Positions 1 through 7,548 of a stretch of DNA of 64,000 bases are shown in pieces. The position numbers and the translations under genes are program-made. The DNA comes from Patescibacteria group bacterium. GTDB taxonomy: Bacteria > Patescibacteriota > Patescibacteriia > Patescibacteriales > GWC2-42-12. Under the pieces are notes generated by a model. The model was not told the origin of the DNA. It did not search any database and saw nothing but the letters and a program-made list of their open reading frames with translations. How positions within the stretch are numbered: the first letter of the stretch is position 1; each line of letters begins with the position of its first letter. The DNA lies in assembly GCA_041662965.1 (NCBI GenBank), contig JBAZRI010000001.1, positions 227,680 to 291,679 of the forward strand, in the 5' to 3' direction.

Positions 1-791
1 TGGGATTTTTTAGCGGCGCCTGTTTTTTAATGATCGGCGGCTGGCTGGACGATAAATATAATTTAAAACCGGCTTGGCAGATTATTTGGCCGGCGCTGGC
101 GATCGTGAGCGTTATCGCCGGCGGCGTGCAGATTGAAAAAATTACCAATCCCTTCGGCGGTTTTATTTATTTGGGCGCTTTGTCGGCTGTTTTAATCGCT
201 TTGTGGCTCTTAGGCATGATGTATACGACTAAGCTTTTGGACGGGCTTGACGGCTTAGTCAGTGGCATGACGGCTATCGGCGCGCTAGTGATTTTTTTAT
301 TTACCATGAGCGAGAAATATTATCAGCCCGACATCGGTCTGGCCGCTTTGATTTTAGCGGCCGCGACGCTCGGCTTTTTATTTTTTAACTGGCATCCGGC
401 GAAAATATTTTTAGGCGAAGGCGGGTCGCTTTTTCTAGGCTACGCCCTAGGCGTGCTTTCAATCATCTCGGGCGGTAAAATCGCCATCGCCTTATTGGTT
501 ATGGGCATACCGGTATTAGACGTGGCCTGGACTATCATTAGGCGCTTGGTTGCCGGTAAAAATCCTTTTAGGTTCGCGGATAATAAGCATCTGCATTTTC
601 GCTTGTTAAATATGGGCCTAGGCGTTAAAAAATCAGTTTTACTTTTTTACGGCGTTTCCATTATTTTCGGCTTATCCGCCTTATTTTTGCAAAGCCAAGG
701 CAAGGCGCTGGCCTTAGCCGCGCTCTTGGCTATTATGATATCGGTTATTATGTTTTTCGCTTATCTTGACAGAAAGAATAAAGTAGTTTAA
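1..791 (+). CDS. Undecaprenyl-phosphate sugar-phosphate transferase (WecA/TagO/MraY-like GT4 family), 5'-truncated by window edge
   Basis: The frame stays open upstream of the tracked ATG to position 3. Motifs seen: WLDDKY, LDGLDGL, HPAKIFLGEGGS, RFADNKHLHFRLL. Multiple TM segments. Confidence 0.8.
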   Translation, partial: GFFSGACFLMIGGWLDDKYNLKPAWQIIWPALAIVSVIAGGVQIEKITNPFGGFIYLGALSAVLIALWLLGMMYTTKLLDGLDGLVSGMTAIGALVIFLFTMSEKYYQPDIGLAALILAAATLGFLFFNWHPAKIFLGEGGSLFLGYALGVLSIISGGKIAIALLVMGIPVLDVAWTIIRRLVAGKNPFRFADNKHLHFRLLNMGLGVKKSVLLFYGVSIIFGLSALFLQSQGKALALAALLAIMISVIMFFAYLDRKNKVV

Positions 792-805
792 TATTATCTC
801 ATAAC

Positions 806-831
806 GCCTCACTTTCGTGAGCTTTTATTTT
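806..831 (+). terminator. Weak rho-independent terminator after the transferase gene
   Basis: CTCAC-tttc-GTGAG stem followed by ttttattttt. Confidence 0.45.
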
Positions 832-846
832 TAAATAATGTTTTTA

Positions 847-951
847 TTCACCCCGTTAGATATAATTGATAATTATAATGTTATCAATATAACAATCGGG
901 GTTTATCAAATTATATGGCAATTAAAAAAGATGAGATATCTAACGGGGTAA
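847..951 (+). promoter_or_regulatory. Start-codon-enclosing inverted repeat, copy 1 (TTCACCCCGTTAGATAT ... ATATCTAACGGGGTAA)
   Basis: A 14-nt perfect complement (849-863 vs 936-950) flanks the rplU ATG at 915. An inner hairpin ATTGATAA..TTATCAAT lies within the loop. The same architecture occurs at 46265-46351 and 50252-50339. Confidence 0.55.
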
Positions 952-1253
952 AAATAGCAGTTATTAAAACCGGCGGCAAGCAATATAAAGTTAGCCAAGG
1001 GCAGAATTTGAAAATTGAGAAAATTGACGCCGAAGTCGGCGCGGTTTTAAAGTTTCCGGCTTTGCTTATAGCCGAAGAGGAAAATATTAACTTGGGCAAG
1101 CCTTTATTGGGCGAGATAGTTGAAGGCAAAATTTTAGAGCAGGGCAAGGGCAAGAAAGTCAGCGTGGTAAAGTTTAAAAACAAAACCAGATATAAAAGAA
1201 ACGTCGGCCATCGTCAGCCGTATACCAAAGTGGAAATAACCAAGATTGCATAA
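915..1253 (+). CDS. rplU: 50S ribosomal protein L21, with an unusual 12-aa N-terminal extension
   Basis: AVIKTGGKQYKVSQG ... KVSVVKFKNKTRYKRNVGHRQPYTKVEI are typical L21 motifs. Confidence 0.9.
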   Translation: MAIKKDEISNGVKIAVIKTGGKQYKVSQGQNLKIEKIDAEVGAVLKFPALLIAEEENINLGKPLLGEIVEGKILEQGKGKKVSVVKFKNKTRYKRNVGHRQPYTKVEITKIA

Positions 1254-1258
1254 CAAAA

Positions 1259-1282
1259 ATCCCGCGCTTAGCGGGATTTTTA
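1259..1282 (+). terminator. Rho-independent terminator of rplU
   Basis: CCCGC-gctta-GCGGG stem followed by a T run. Confidence 0.7.
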
Positions 1283-1290
1283 AATTTGTT

Positions 1291-1429
1291 TGTCATTGCG
1301 AGCGACTGCAAGGAGCGCGGCAATCTAACGAACTATTTTATTAAATTATAGATTTGTTTTTAACACAAAGGTTTATTATATTAAATTGTCCGTGAGATTG
1401 CTTCGTCGCTATCGCTCCTCGCAATGACA
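1291..1429. repeat. TGTCAT-hairpin palindromic element, ORF-less copy with a ~60-nt AT-rich core
   Basis: Ends are TGTCATTGCGAGCGACTGCAAGGAGCGCGGCAATCT ... GAGATTGCTTCGTCGCTATCGCTCCTCGCAATGACA. It lies in the convergent rplU/recR spacer. Confidence 0.85.
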
Positions 1430-1435
1430 AAAGTA

Positions 1436-2032
1436 TTACATCTCGTTCCTGTATTTCAGCGCGTTGGATAAAGTTATCTCGTCCGCGTATTCAAGGTCCG
1501 CGCCCATGGGCAGGCCTTTGGCCAGGCGGGTGATTTTTATTTTGTAAGGCTTTAATAATTTCACGATGTACATGGCCGTGGTTTCGCCTTCTAGATCCGG
1601 GTTAAAAGCCAGAATAATTTCTTTGGCGCTATTTTGCTTTAAGCGGTTTAACAGAGTTTTGATATTCAGCTGGTCCGGCTTTACGCCTTCAATGGTATTG
1701 ATGACTCCGCCTAAAATATGGTAAAGCCCGCTGTATTGCTTGGTGGCTTCAATGGCCAGCATATCCCGCGTATCCGCGACCAAGCAAATAACCGAGCGGT
1801 TTCTTTTCGCGTCAGAGCAGATTTGGCAAGGATTGGCTTCGGCGATAGACAAACAGGTTTGGCAGACCGCGGTTTTTTCTTTAACTTCGGCGATAGCCTG
1901 AGCAAATTGCTGCAGCCATTCCGGATGCTGGTTTAATAAATAAAAAACATAACGTTCGGCGGTTTTCGGGCCGACCGTCGGCAGTTTGGAAAAATATTCA
2001 ATTAAGTTTTGGATGGAAGAAGGGTAGCGCAT
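1436..2032 (-). CDS. recR: Recombination protein RecR
   Basis: TVGPKTAERYVFYLL HhH motif, CQTC..CQIC zinc finger, Toprim region (VICLVADTRDMLAIE), GLYHILGG. Start moved to MRYPSS because the upstream residues are repeat-encoded. Confidence 0.9.
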   Translation of the reverse strand: MRYPSSIQNLIEYFSKLPTVGPKTAERYVFYLLNQHPEWLQQFAQAIAEVKEKTAVCQTCLSIAEANPCQICSDAKRNRSVICLVADTRDMLAIEATKQYSGLYHILGGVINTIEGVKPDQLNIKTLLNRLKQNSAKEIILAFNPDLEGETTAMYIVKLLKPYKIKITRLAKGLPMGADLEYADEITLSNALKYRNEM

Positions 2033-2039
2033 ATAAATA

Positions 2040-2132
2040 ATAAATGACAAATGATTAATTTCTAATGACAAATTAATGCCAAAATACCAATGTCAAATAA
2101 TTATTTGTCATTTGTCATTGGAAATTTGACAT
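2040..2132. repeat. AATGACAAATG-type AT-rich palindromic repeat
   Basis: aaatgacaaatga..taatgacaaatt faces tttgtcatttgtcatt..tttgacatt. The same unit family occurs at 36886-37025. Confidence 0.6.
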
Positions 2133-2399
2133 TCCGCTTATGCCGCCCATGTCCTGCACTTTTTTGGCCATGAGCTTTTGCGCTCGCTTGATAATTTCGT
2201 TTATGACGTCGGTTAAAATATTTTCCAGCTTTTCTTTAGAAATCTCGGCGCTTAGGGAAAGGCTGGTAATTTCCATATTGCCGTTCATGGTTATTTTAAC
2301 GCCATTTTTTTCATACTCAACCGATTCTTGTGCTAAAGCATTCTGTAAAGTTTTGGCTTGGTTTCTTAGGTCTTTAAACTGTTTTAATTTGTTGAACAT
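2115..2399 (-). CDS. ybaB: YbaB/EbfC-family nucleoid-associated protein
   Basis: 94 aa, conserved position next to recR, and the central VKITMNGNMEITSLSL pattern typical of the family. Confidence 0.7.
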   Translation of the reverse strand: MFNKLKQFKDLRNQAKTLQNALAQESVEYEKNGVKITMNGNMEITSLSLSAEISKEKLENILTDVINEIIKRAQKLMAKKVQDMGGISGMSNFQ

Positions 2400-2417
2400 G
2401 TTTTTTAGTTTATTGAA

Positions 2418-3812
2418 TTAGTATTCCGGCGGAGCTTCTTGGCCGGTTTTTTCCATATTTTTAAAGCTGACCGTATCTTCGTCAAAGAATAAATTAACTT
2501 TGCCGGTCGGCCCGTTTCTATGCTTGGCAATATATATTTCAGCCAGATGTTTCTCGCTCTCGGACAGTTCATCGTAATTATAGCCTCGGTCGGCGGCTTT
2601 CCTATAAATAAACATAACTACGTCCGCGTCCTGCTCAATTGAGCCCGACTCCCTTAAATGGGATAGTTTCGGTATGGCCGGCCTGGATATTTCCGCGGCG
2701 CGCGATAATTGCGATAAAGCAAAGACCGGTATATTAAGTTCGCGGGCGATGCCTTTAAGCCCGCGGGTGATTTCCGAAACTTCCTGCACGCGGTTATCGC
2801 CGTATTTGCCCCGGCCTTCCATTAATTGCAAGTAGTCAATAATTAATAAGCCCAAGCCTTTTTCAACTTGCAGCCGGCGCGCTTTAGTTCTTATTTCCAT
2901 AATATTGGAGCTGGCTGAATCGTCAATATAAATCGGCGCTTCGGATAATCGGCCCATAGCGTCGCCGATGCGCGAAAAATCATTATCTTCTTCTTTGTCC
3001 GATAATTTTCCCGTGCGCATGCGCCATAAGCTGACGTTAGCCTGGGCGCAAAGCATGCGGTCGACTAATTGCTCTTTGCTCATTTCTAGAGAAAATATGC
3101 CGACCGGAACTTTGCTGATAAGGGCTGATTGTCTGGCGATATCAAGGGCTAAAGAAGTTTTTCCCACGCTCGGCCTGGCGGCTAAAATTATTAAATCCGA
3201 TTTTTGCAAACCGGCGAGCAAGTTATCAAGATCATGAAAACCCGTAGGCAAGCCGCGCAATTTTCCGCTTTGCTTATGCAGTTCGTCAATTCTGTCAAAA
3301 GCTTCGGTTAATAAGTTATCAATCGGCTGAAAAACATTTTTTAAATATTTTTGCGAAACGCCAAATAATTTCTGTTCGGCCTCATCAAGCAGTTTTTCAA
3401 TTTCCTCGTCTTCGCGGTAGCCAAGTTCGGTTATTTCGGCCGAAGCGGATAACAGGCGCCTTAAAGTGGCTTTGCGCTGGATAATGGCGGAGTAATGGAC
3501 TACGTGCGCCGAAGTGGCCACAGTATTGCCCAATTCGGCTATATAAGTCCGTCCGCCCACGTCTGCTAATTTGCTTTTTTCTTCAAGTTTTGAGGTTAAG
3601 GTTAAAATATCAATCGGCTCATGGCGGGCGTAAAGCTCCCGCATGGTTTCATAAACAATGCCGTGGCTGTCTTTATAAAAATCTTCCGGGCGCAAAGTAT
3701 CGGCGATTTTAAAAATCGCGTCTTTATCAATCATTAAACAGCCTAAAAGAGAGGCCTCGGCCTCAATATTTTGCGGCGGTAATTTTAAGATAGAAGTTTT
3801 ATTGTCTGCCAT
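2418..3812 (-). CDS. dnaB: Replicative DNA helicase DnaB
   Basis: N-terminal PPQNIEAEASLLGCL, Walker A ARPSVGKTS, IIDYLQLM, SQLSR, IEQDADVV. Confidence 0.95.
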   Translation of the reverse strand: MADNKTSILKLPPQNIEAEASLLGCLMIDKDAIFKIADTLRPEDFYKDSHGIVYETMRELYARHEPIDILTLTSKLEEKSKLADVGGRTYIAELGNTVATSAHVVHYSAIIQRKATLRRLLSASAEITELGYREDEEIEKLLDEAEQKLFGVSQKYLKNVFQPIDNLLTEAFDRIDELHKQSGKLRGLPTGFHDLDNLLAGLQKSDLIILAARPSVGKTSLALDIARQSALISKVPVGIFSLEMSKEQLVDRMLCAQANVSLWRMRTGKLSDKEEDNDFSRIGDAMGRLSEAPIYIDDSASSNIMEIRTKARRLQVEKGLGLLIIDYLQLMEGRGKYGDNRVQEVSEITRGLKGIARELNIPVFALSQLSRAAEISRPAIPKLSHLRESGSIEQDADVVMFIYRKAADRGYNYDELSESEKHLAEIYIAKHRNGPTGKVNLFFDEDTVSFKNMEKTGQEAPPEY

Positions 3813-3909
3813 ATTTTTATAATACCTTGCAGGGCCGGTTTAAGCAAGAGTAAAATTTGCCGTTTTTTAAACTTTTCATCCACGTTTTTTCCACTACTGC
3901 CCATAGCCT

Positions 3910-4001
3910 ATAACTCGCAACTCGTAACTAAAAATGCCGCAAAATAAGGAGTTGTGAGTTATGACCCGCCTGCCATACGGGCAGGGTTGCGAGTTGCGGG
4001 A
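3910..4001. repeat. ACTCGTAAC/GTTACGAGT-type short palindromic repeat cluster
   Basis: ataactcgcaactcgtaact ... gagttgtgagttatgac ... cctgcc-atac-gggcagg ... ttgcgagttgcggg. A related block lies at 25358-25426. Confidence 0.6.
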
Positions 4002-4079
4002 GTTTTTCTTGCTATTTTTAAAGATATATGTTATTTTAATAATAATTAAGACATCCGTCAGCACGGATTTTTTAATTTT

Positions 4080-4155
4080 GCGCTGTTAGCTCAGCTGGTA
4101 GAGCAGCTCCCTTTTAAGGAGAAGGTCACAGGTTCGAATCCTGTACGGCGCACCA
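4080..4155 (+). tRNA. tRNA-Lys (anticodon TTT), CCA encoded
   Basis: Hand-folded cloverleaf: acceptor GCGCTGT/ACGGCGC, anticodon loop CTTTTAA, T-arm ACAGG-TTCGAAT-CCTGT. Confidence 0.9.
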
Positions 4156-4187
4156 TTTTATTTCGTCCTAAATCAAAAGTTAAAATT

Positions 4188-4260
4188 GCCGTCTTAGCTC
4201 AGCTGGTAGAGCAACGGTTTTGTAAACCGTAGGTCGTCGGTTCGAATCCGACAGACGGCT
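4188..4260 (+). tRNA. tRNA-Thr (anticodon TGT), no encoded CCA
   Basis: Acceptor GCCGTCT/AGACGGC, anticodon stem ACGGT/ACCGT with loop TTTGTAA, T-arm GTCGG-TTCGAAT-CCGAC. Confidence 0.9.
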
Positions 4261-4320
4261 CTGAGAAAAATAAAAAATAAATATAAATATAAATCCAATT
4301 AAATAAGGGGGTGAGGAGAG

Positions 4321-4914
4321 ATGATGCGCTCATTAAATGAAATTTTAGAAAATGTAAACAGTACCGTAGCCAATAGAATAAGCGCTTCCCGCATTTTGAT
4401 GTTGCCATTCTATCTAATCTACCATTATATGGGCGAATATAGCATATCATTCGCTCTGGCTTTTTATATGGTAATCTCGGATTTTCTAGATGGGTATGTG
4501 GCGCGACTATACGGCGAGATTAGCGAATTCGGGAAAATTTTGGACCCGATAGCGGATAAGGCCGTTACTTTAACTTTGTTTGTCTCTTTATTGGCAGGCT
4601 CGTATGGTTTGATTGAACGGTCTCTTTGGCGCTCAATCATTATAACTTCGTTAGGTCTGTTGGCGTTGGAAGCAGTTCTTATTATTTTAGGGCATTGGGC
4701 GGCTAAGAAAAATTTGCATAATGGCTCTAATCTATTCGGGAAAGCTAAGATGATAACCGAGAGCTATATTTTTTTATTCGGTTATTATTTTTTCTTTCTC
4801 AACCCAGGCTTATCTCCATTGGCGGAAATCGGCAGATCAATTAATGATTTGCTCTATGTGGCCGTTGGACTAGCTTTTTTAAGCATAATAGGCCACATTA
4901 CAGAAAAAAGATAA
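4321..4914 (+). CDS. CDP-alcohol phosphatidyltransferase family protein (PgsA-like)
   Basis: Family signature DFLDGYVARLYGEISEFGKILDPIADK, plus TM segments. Strong SD GAGGAG just upstream; the start may be 4324. Confidence 0.8.
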   Translation: MMRSLNEILENVNSTVANRISASRILMLPFYLIYHYMGEYSISFALAFYMVISDFLDGYVARLYGEISEFGKILDPIADKAVTLTLFVSLLAGSYGLIERSLWRSIIITSLGLLALEAVLIILGHWAAKKNLHNGSNLFGKAKMITESYIFLFGYYFFFLNPGLSPLAEIGRSINDLLYVAVGLAFLSIIGHITEKR

Positions 4915-4936
4915 CCAGGGCTACATACAATAGCCT

Positions 4937-4963
4937 AGAGCTTTCGCGAGAGAGCTCTTTTTT
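4937..4963 (+). terminator. Hairpin plus T run between the phosphatidyltransferase gene and mtaB-like
   Basis: AGAGCT-ttcgcgagag-AGCTCT followed by tttttt directly before the ATG at 4964. Confidence 0.5.
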
Positions 4964-6301
4964 ATGAAAAATATTAAAATAAAAATTTATACCTTAGGCT
5001 GTAAAGTTAATCAGTATGATTCGGGTAAACTAGCCGGCGAGCTGGTTCGGGCCGGCTTTATAACCGCGGACAAAAACGCCGATATAGCCGTAATCAATAG
5101 CTGCGCCGTGACTAAAACTGCCATAATTAAAAGCGGCCGCATGGTTAAATTGGCTAAAAAAGAAAACCCCAAAGCTAAAATCGTTTTAGCCGGCTGCTGG
5201 CCGAAAACCTATGGAATAAAGAATATTGCCGCTGATTTTATTATTGCCAAAGGCGAGGTCGGCGAGGCTATTAAAAAAATTGCGAATCGCTTCTCTCTAT
5301 TTAAGGATAAGATCTTTACGCCGGCTATCGCCGAGCTCGCGCTAACCGGCCGGACAAGGTATTTTATAAAAATTCAGGACGGCTGCGAGCAGTATTGCAG
5401 TTATTGCGTTATCCCTTACGCGCGCGGCAAATTAATTAGCAGGGGAGAGAAAGAAATTATTCGCGAAATTGAACGGGCGGTAAAAGCCGGATATCGGGAG
5501 ATCGTGCTGTCCGGAATCCATTTAGGGTTGTATGGAAAAACGAGCCAATTGTCATTGCGAGCGACCGGAGGGAGCGAAGCAATCTCACGTACTCGGAGCT
5601 TAACCGGAGATTGCCGCGTCGCTGGCGCTCCTCGCAATGACAAGCTGACGGCATTATTAAAAAAATTAGTTAAAATAAAAGATCTCGGCCGGATCAGGTT
5701 AAGTTCAATTGAAATCACCGAAGTATCGAGCGAGCTGATAAATTTAATGGCCGGGTCAAATAAAATTTGTAAGCATCTGCATATACCATTGCAGTCCGGC
5801 TCGGATAAAATTTTAAAATTAATGAATCGGCCATATGATGTAAAATATTTTTCTGGCCGGATAAAAAAAATTAGGCAAATTATGCCGGATATTGCCATTA
5901 CTACCGACGTGATTACCGGCTTCCCGGGCGAGACCGAGAAAGATTTTAAAGACACGGAAAAATTTATTAAGCGGATAAAATTCAGCCGTCTGCATGTGTT
6001 TCCATATTCGGCTCACGAAAAAACGCCGGCCGCTAAATTCCCCGGCCAAGTTAAAGAAAAAAATAAAGCGCAACGGGCGGAAAAATTAAGGCGGCTTGGC
6101 CTTAAGCTGGCTGAAGATTATAAAAAGAAATTCAAGGGCAGGGAGCTGGAGATTACCGTGGAGCGGATAAAGCAAGATGAAATTATCGGTAAAACCGAGT
6201 TTTATTTTGATATTTTATTTAAAAAGCGACAGCTTATCGGCGGAGAAGCCAGCCAAAGTAAAAAATTAATAGGCACGATTGTTAAGGTAAAAAACAATTA
6301 A
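4964..6301 (+). CDS. mtaB: MiaB/MtaB-family radical-SAM tRNA methylthiotransferase carrying an in-frame repeat insertion
   Basis: MTTase N-domain (IYTLGCKVNQYDS), radical-SAM cluster (GCEQYCSYCVIPYARG) and a TRAM-like C-terminus. Residues LSLRATGGSEAISRTRSLTGDCRVAGAPRNDK are encoded by a palindromic repeat. Confidence 0.85.
   Translation: MKNIKIKIYTLGCKVNQYDSGKLAGELVRAGFITADKNADIAVINSCAVTKTAIIKSGRMVKLAKKENPKAKIVLAGCWPKTYGIKNIAADFIIAKGEVGEAIKKIANRFSLFKDKIFTPAIAELALTGRTRYFIKIQDGCEQYCSYCVIPYARGKLISRGEKEIIREIERAVKAGYREIVLSGIHLGLYGKTSQLSLRATGGSEAISRTRSLTGDCRVAGAPRNDKLTALLKKLVKIKDLGRIRLSSIEITEVSSELINLMAGSNKICKHLHIPLQSGSDKILKLMNRPYDVKYFSGRIKKIRQIMPDIAITTDVITGFPGETEKDFKDTEKFIKRIKFSRLHVFPYSAHEKTPAAKFPGQVKEKNKAQRAEKLRRLGLKLAEDYKKKFKGRELEITVERIKQDEIIGKTEFYFDILFKKRQLIGGEASQSKKLIGTIVKVKNN
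5550..5642. repeat. TGTCAT-hairpin palindromic element inserted in frame inside the mtaB-like CDS
   Basis: 93 bp (31 codons), TGTCATTGCGAGCGACCGGAGGGAGCGAAGCAATCTC ... GAGATTGCCGCGTCGCTGGCGCTCCTCGCAATGACA. Near-identical in layout to 58563-58654. Confidence 0.85.
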
Positions 6302-6330
6302 AATCTCCCGAAAAAACTCTATAAAACATT

Positions 6331-6359
6331 AACCGGCATAGTCCGGTTTTTTGTTTTTT
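6331..6359 (+). terminator. Rho-independent terminator of mtaB-like
   Basis: ACCGG-catagt-CCGGT followed by ttttttgtttttt. Confidence 0.65.
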
Positions 6360-6456
6360 CTGGTAAAATATGTTATAAAAATAGCTGTCTTGACAAAAAT
6401 TAGGAGAAATGTTAAGGTGTGCTGTTAAACTATAATTAATTTTTTATCTGAACTCT

Positions 6457-7371
6457 ATGGAATTTAAAGATTATTTAGGGCTAATAAGCAGGAAGAAAAT
6501 GACAATATTTTTAATTGTTATGTTTTTTTTAATATTAGCTTTAATTTTAACGTTCATTCAACCATTAAAATACGGTTCTACTTCCAGAATTATAGTAATT
6601 CAAAATTTTGACGTAGATACCGACCCTTATGCTATTTCCAAGTCTAATGAATATTTAAGCAATATATTAGCTAACGTGGTTACCTCTAGTTCATTTTTTG
6701 ATGATATTTTGGAATCCGGATATCATATTGATAAAAATTATTTTTCAAAGAATAATAATATTAATGGCGAGATGAAGAAATGGCGGGAAACTGTTCAGGC
6801 TAAAGTTGTCGGTGATACCGGTATTATTGAAATTAATGCGTATCATCCGGATAAAAGACAGCTAGACTTGATCGCCTCGGCGGTAAATTATGTTTTGCAA
6901 ACTAAAAACGGGCAATATCATGGCATGGCAAGCAATGTTGTGATTAGAATAATTGATAAGCCGATTATTTCTTTATGGCCGGTTAGACCAAATATTATAT
7001 TTAATCTGGCGCTGGCAATCGTTTTTGGTCTACTTATTTCTTTTTCTTACATTTATTTATTCCCGGAAGATAGGTATAACTTAAGATTATGGTCAAGATC
7101 GAATAGAAAAAAAATAGAAGAGCAAAAAATATCCAGCGTCCAGCCAGCTGATATAAAGAATCAATGGGAAGATTTAGGCGATGCAAAAAAATATACTGAA
7201 GAGAATCTGAATAGCGATGATTTAGAAATACCCGGCGAAGAAAGCGCTAGTTATAAATCTTTATCTTCTGATGATTTGGATAATAATTATGGCGGGAATG
7301 AACCTCAAGATATTTCCATAAAAGGAAGCATAAATAATATTTTCAGAAATCCAAACCGGGACGATTTTTAA
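6457..7371 (+). CDS. Wzz-like polysaccharide chain-length determinant protein with an acidic C-terminal tail
   Basis: N-terminal TM after LISRKKMTIF, a second TM near residue 200 (IIFNLALAIVFGLLISFSYIYLF), and a periplasmic-type middle domain. Low-GC gene. Confidence 0.55.
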   Translation: MEFKDYLGLISRKKMTIFLIVMFFLILALILTFIQPLKYGSTSRIIVIQNFDVDTDPYAISKSNEYLSNILANVVTSSSFFDDILESGYHIDKNYFSKNNNINGEMKKWRETVQAKVVGDTGIIEINAYHPDKRQLDLIASAVNYVLQTKNGQYHGMASNVVIRIIDKPIISLWPVRPNIIFNLALAIVFGLLISFSYIYLFPEDRYNLRLWSRSNRKKIEEQKISSVQPADIKNQWEDLGDAKKYTEENLNSDDLEIPGEESASYKSLSSDDLDNNYGGNEPQDISIKGSINNIFRNPNRDDF

Positions 7372-7548
7372 TAATCGTCTTATTTTGGGAGTCTGAATTT
7401 TTTCCGGTTATTGCCGGCCATTTTCTTCCGGGTGGAAGAAAGTTGGGATTCAAGCTTTGTTCTTTACATTTTTTTTGACTACTGAAGGCAGGCCTTTGAG
7501 CCGGAGCTGGACGAGTTGAAACCCCTAGAGGGAGAAAGGTAGGGAAAG

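Noticed and set aside
911-1183. A 90-aa minus-strand ORF overlapping rplU. Similar antisense or alternative-frame ORFs lie inside dnaB, mtaB, the island genes, ftsI, gltX, rpoA and others.
   Set aside because: Each is fully nested in a longer ORF that has clear family motifs. They are treated as frame shadows.
4045-4079. The hairpin ATCCGT..ACGGAT plus T run immediately upstream of tRNA-Lys, considered as the terminator of an unseen small transcript.
   Set aside because: No convincing promoter or gene lies upstream on that strand. It may be a stray terminator-like repeat similar to 25485-25515, and there is not enough evidence to annotate it.
4261-4320. An integrative element or prophage at the tRNA-Lys/tRNA-Thr locus.
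   Set aside because: No integrase, no att-like direct repeat of the tRNA 3' end, and only a single atypical gene downstream.
4199-4450. An 83-aa minus-strand ORF overlapping tRNA-Thr and the start of the phosphatidyltransferase gene.
   Set aside because: It overlaps a confidently folded tRNA and a motif-bearing CDS on the other strand.
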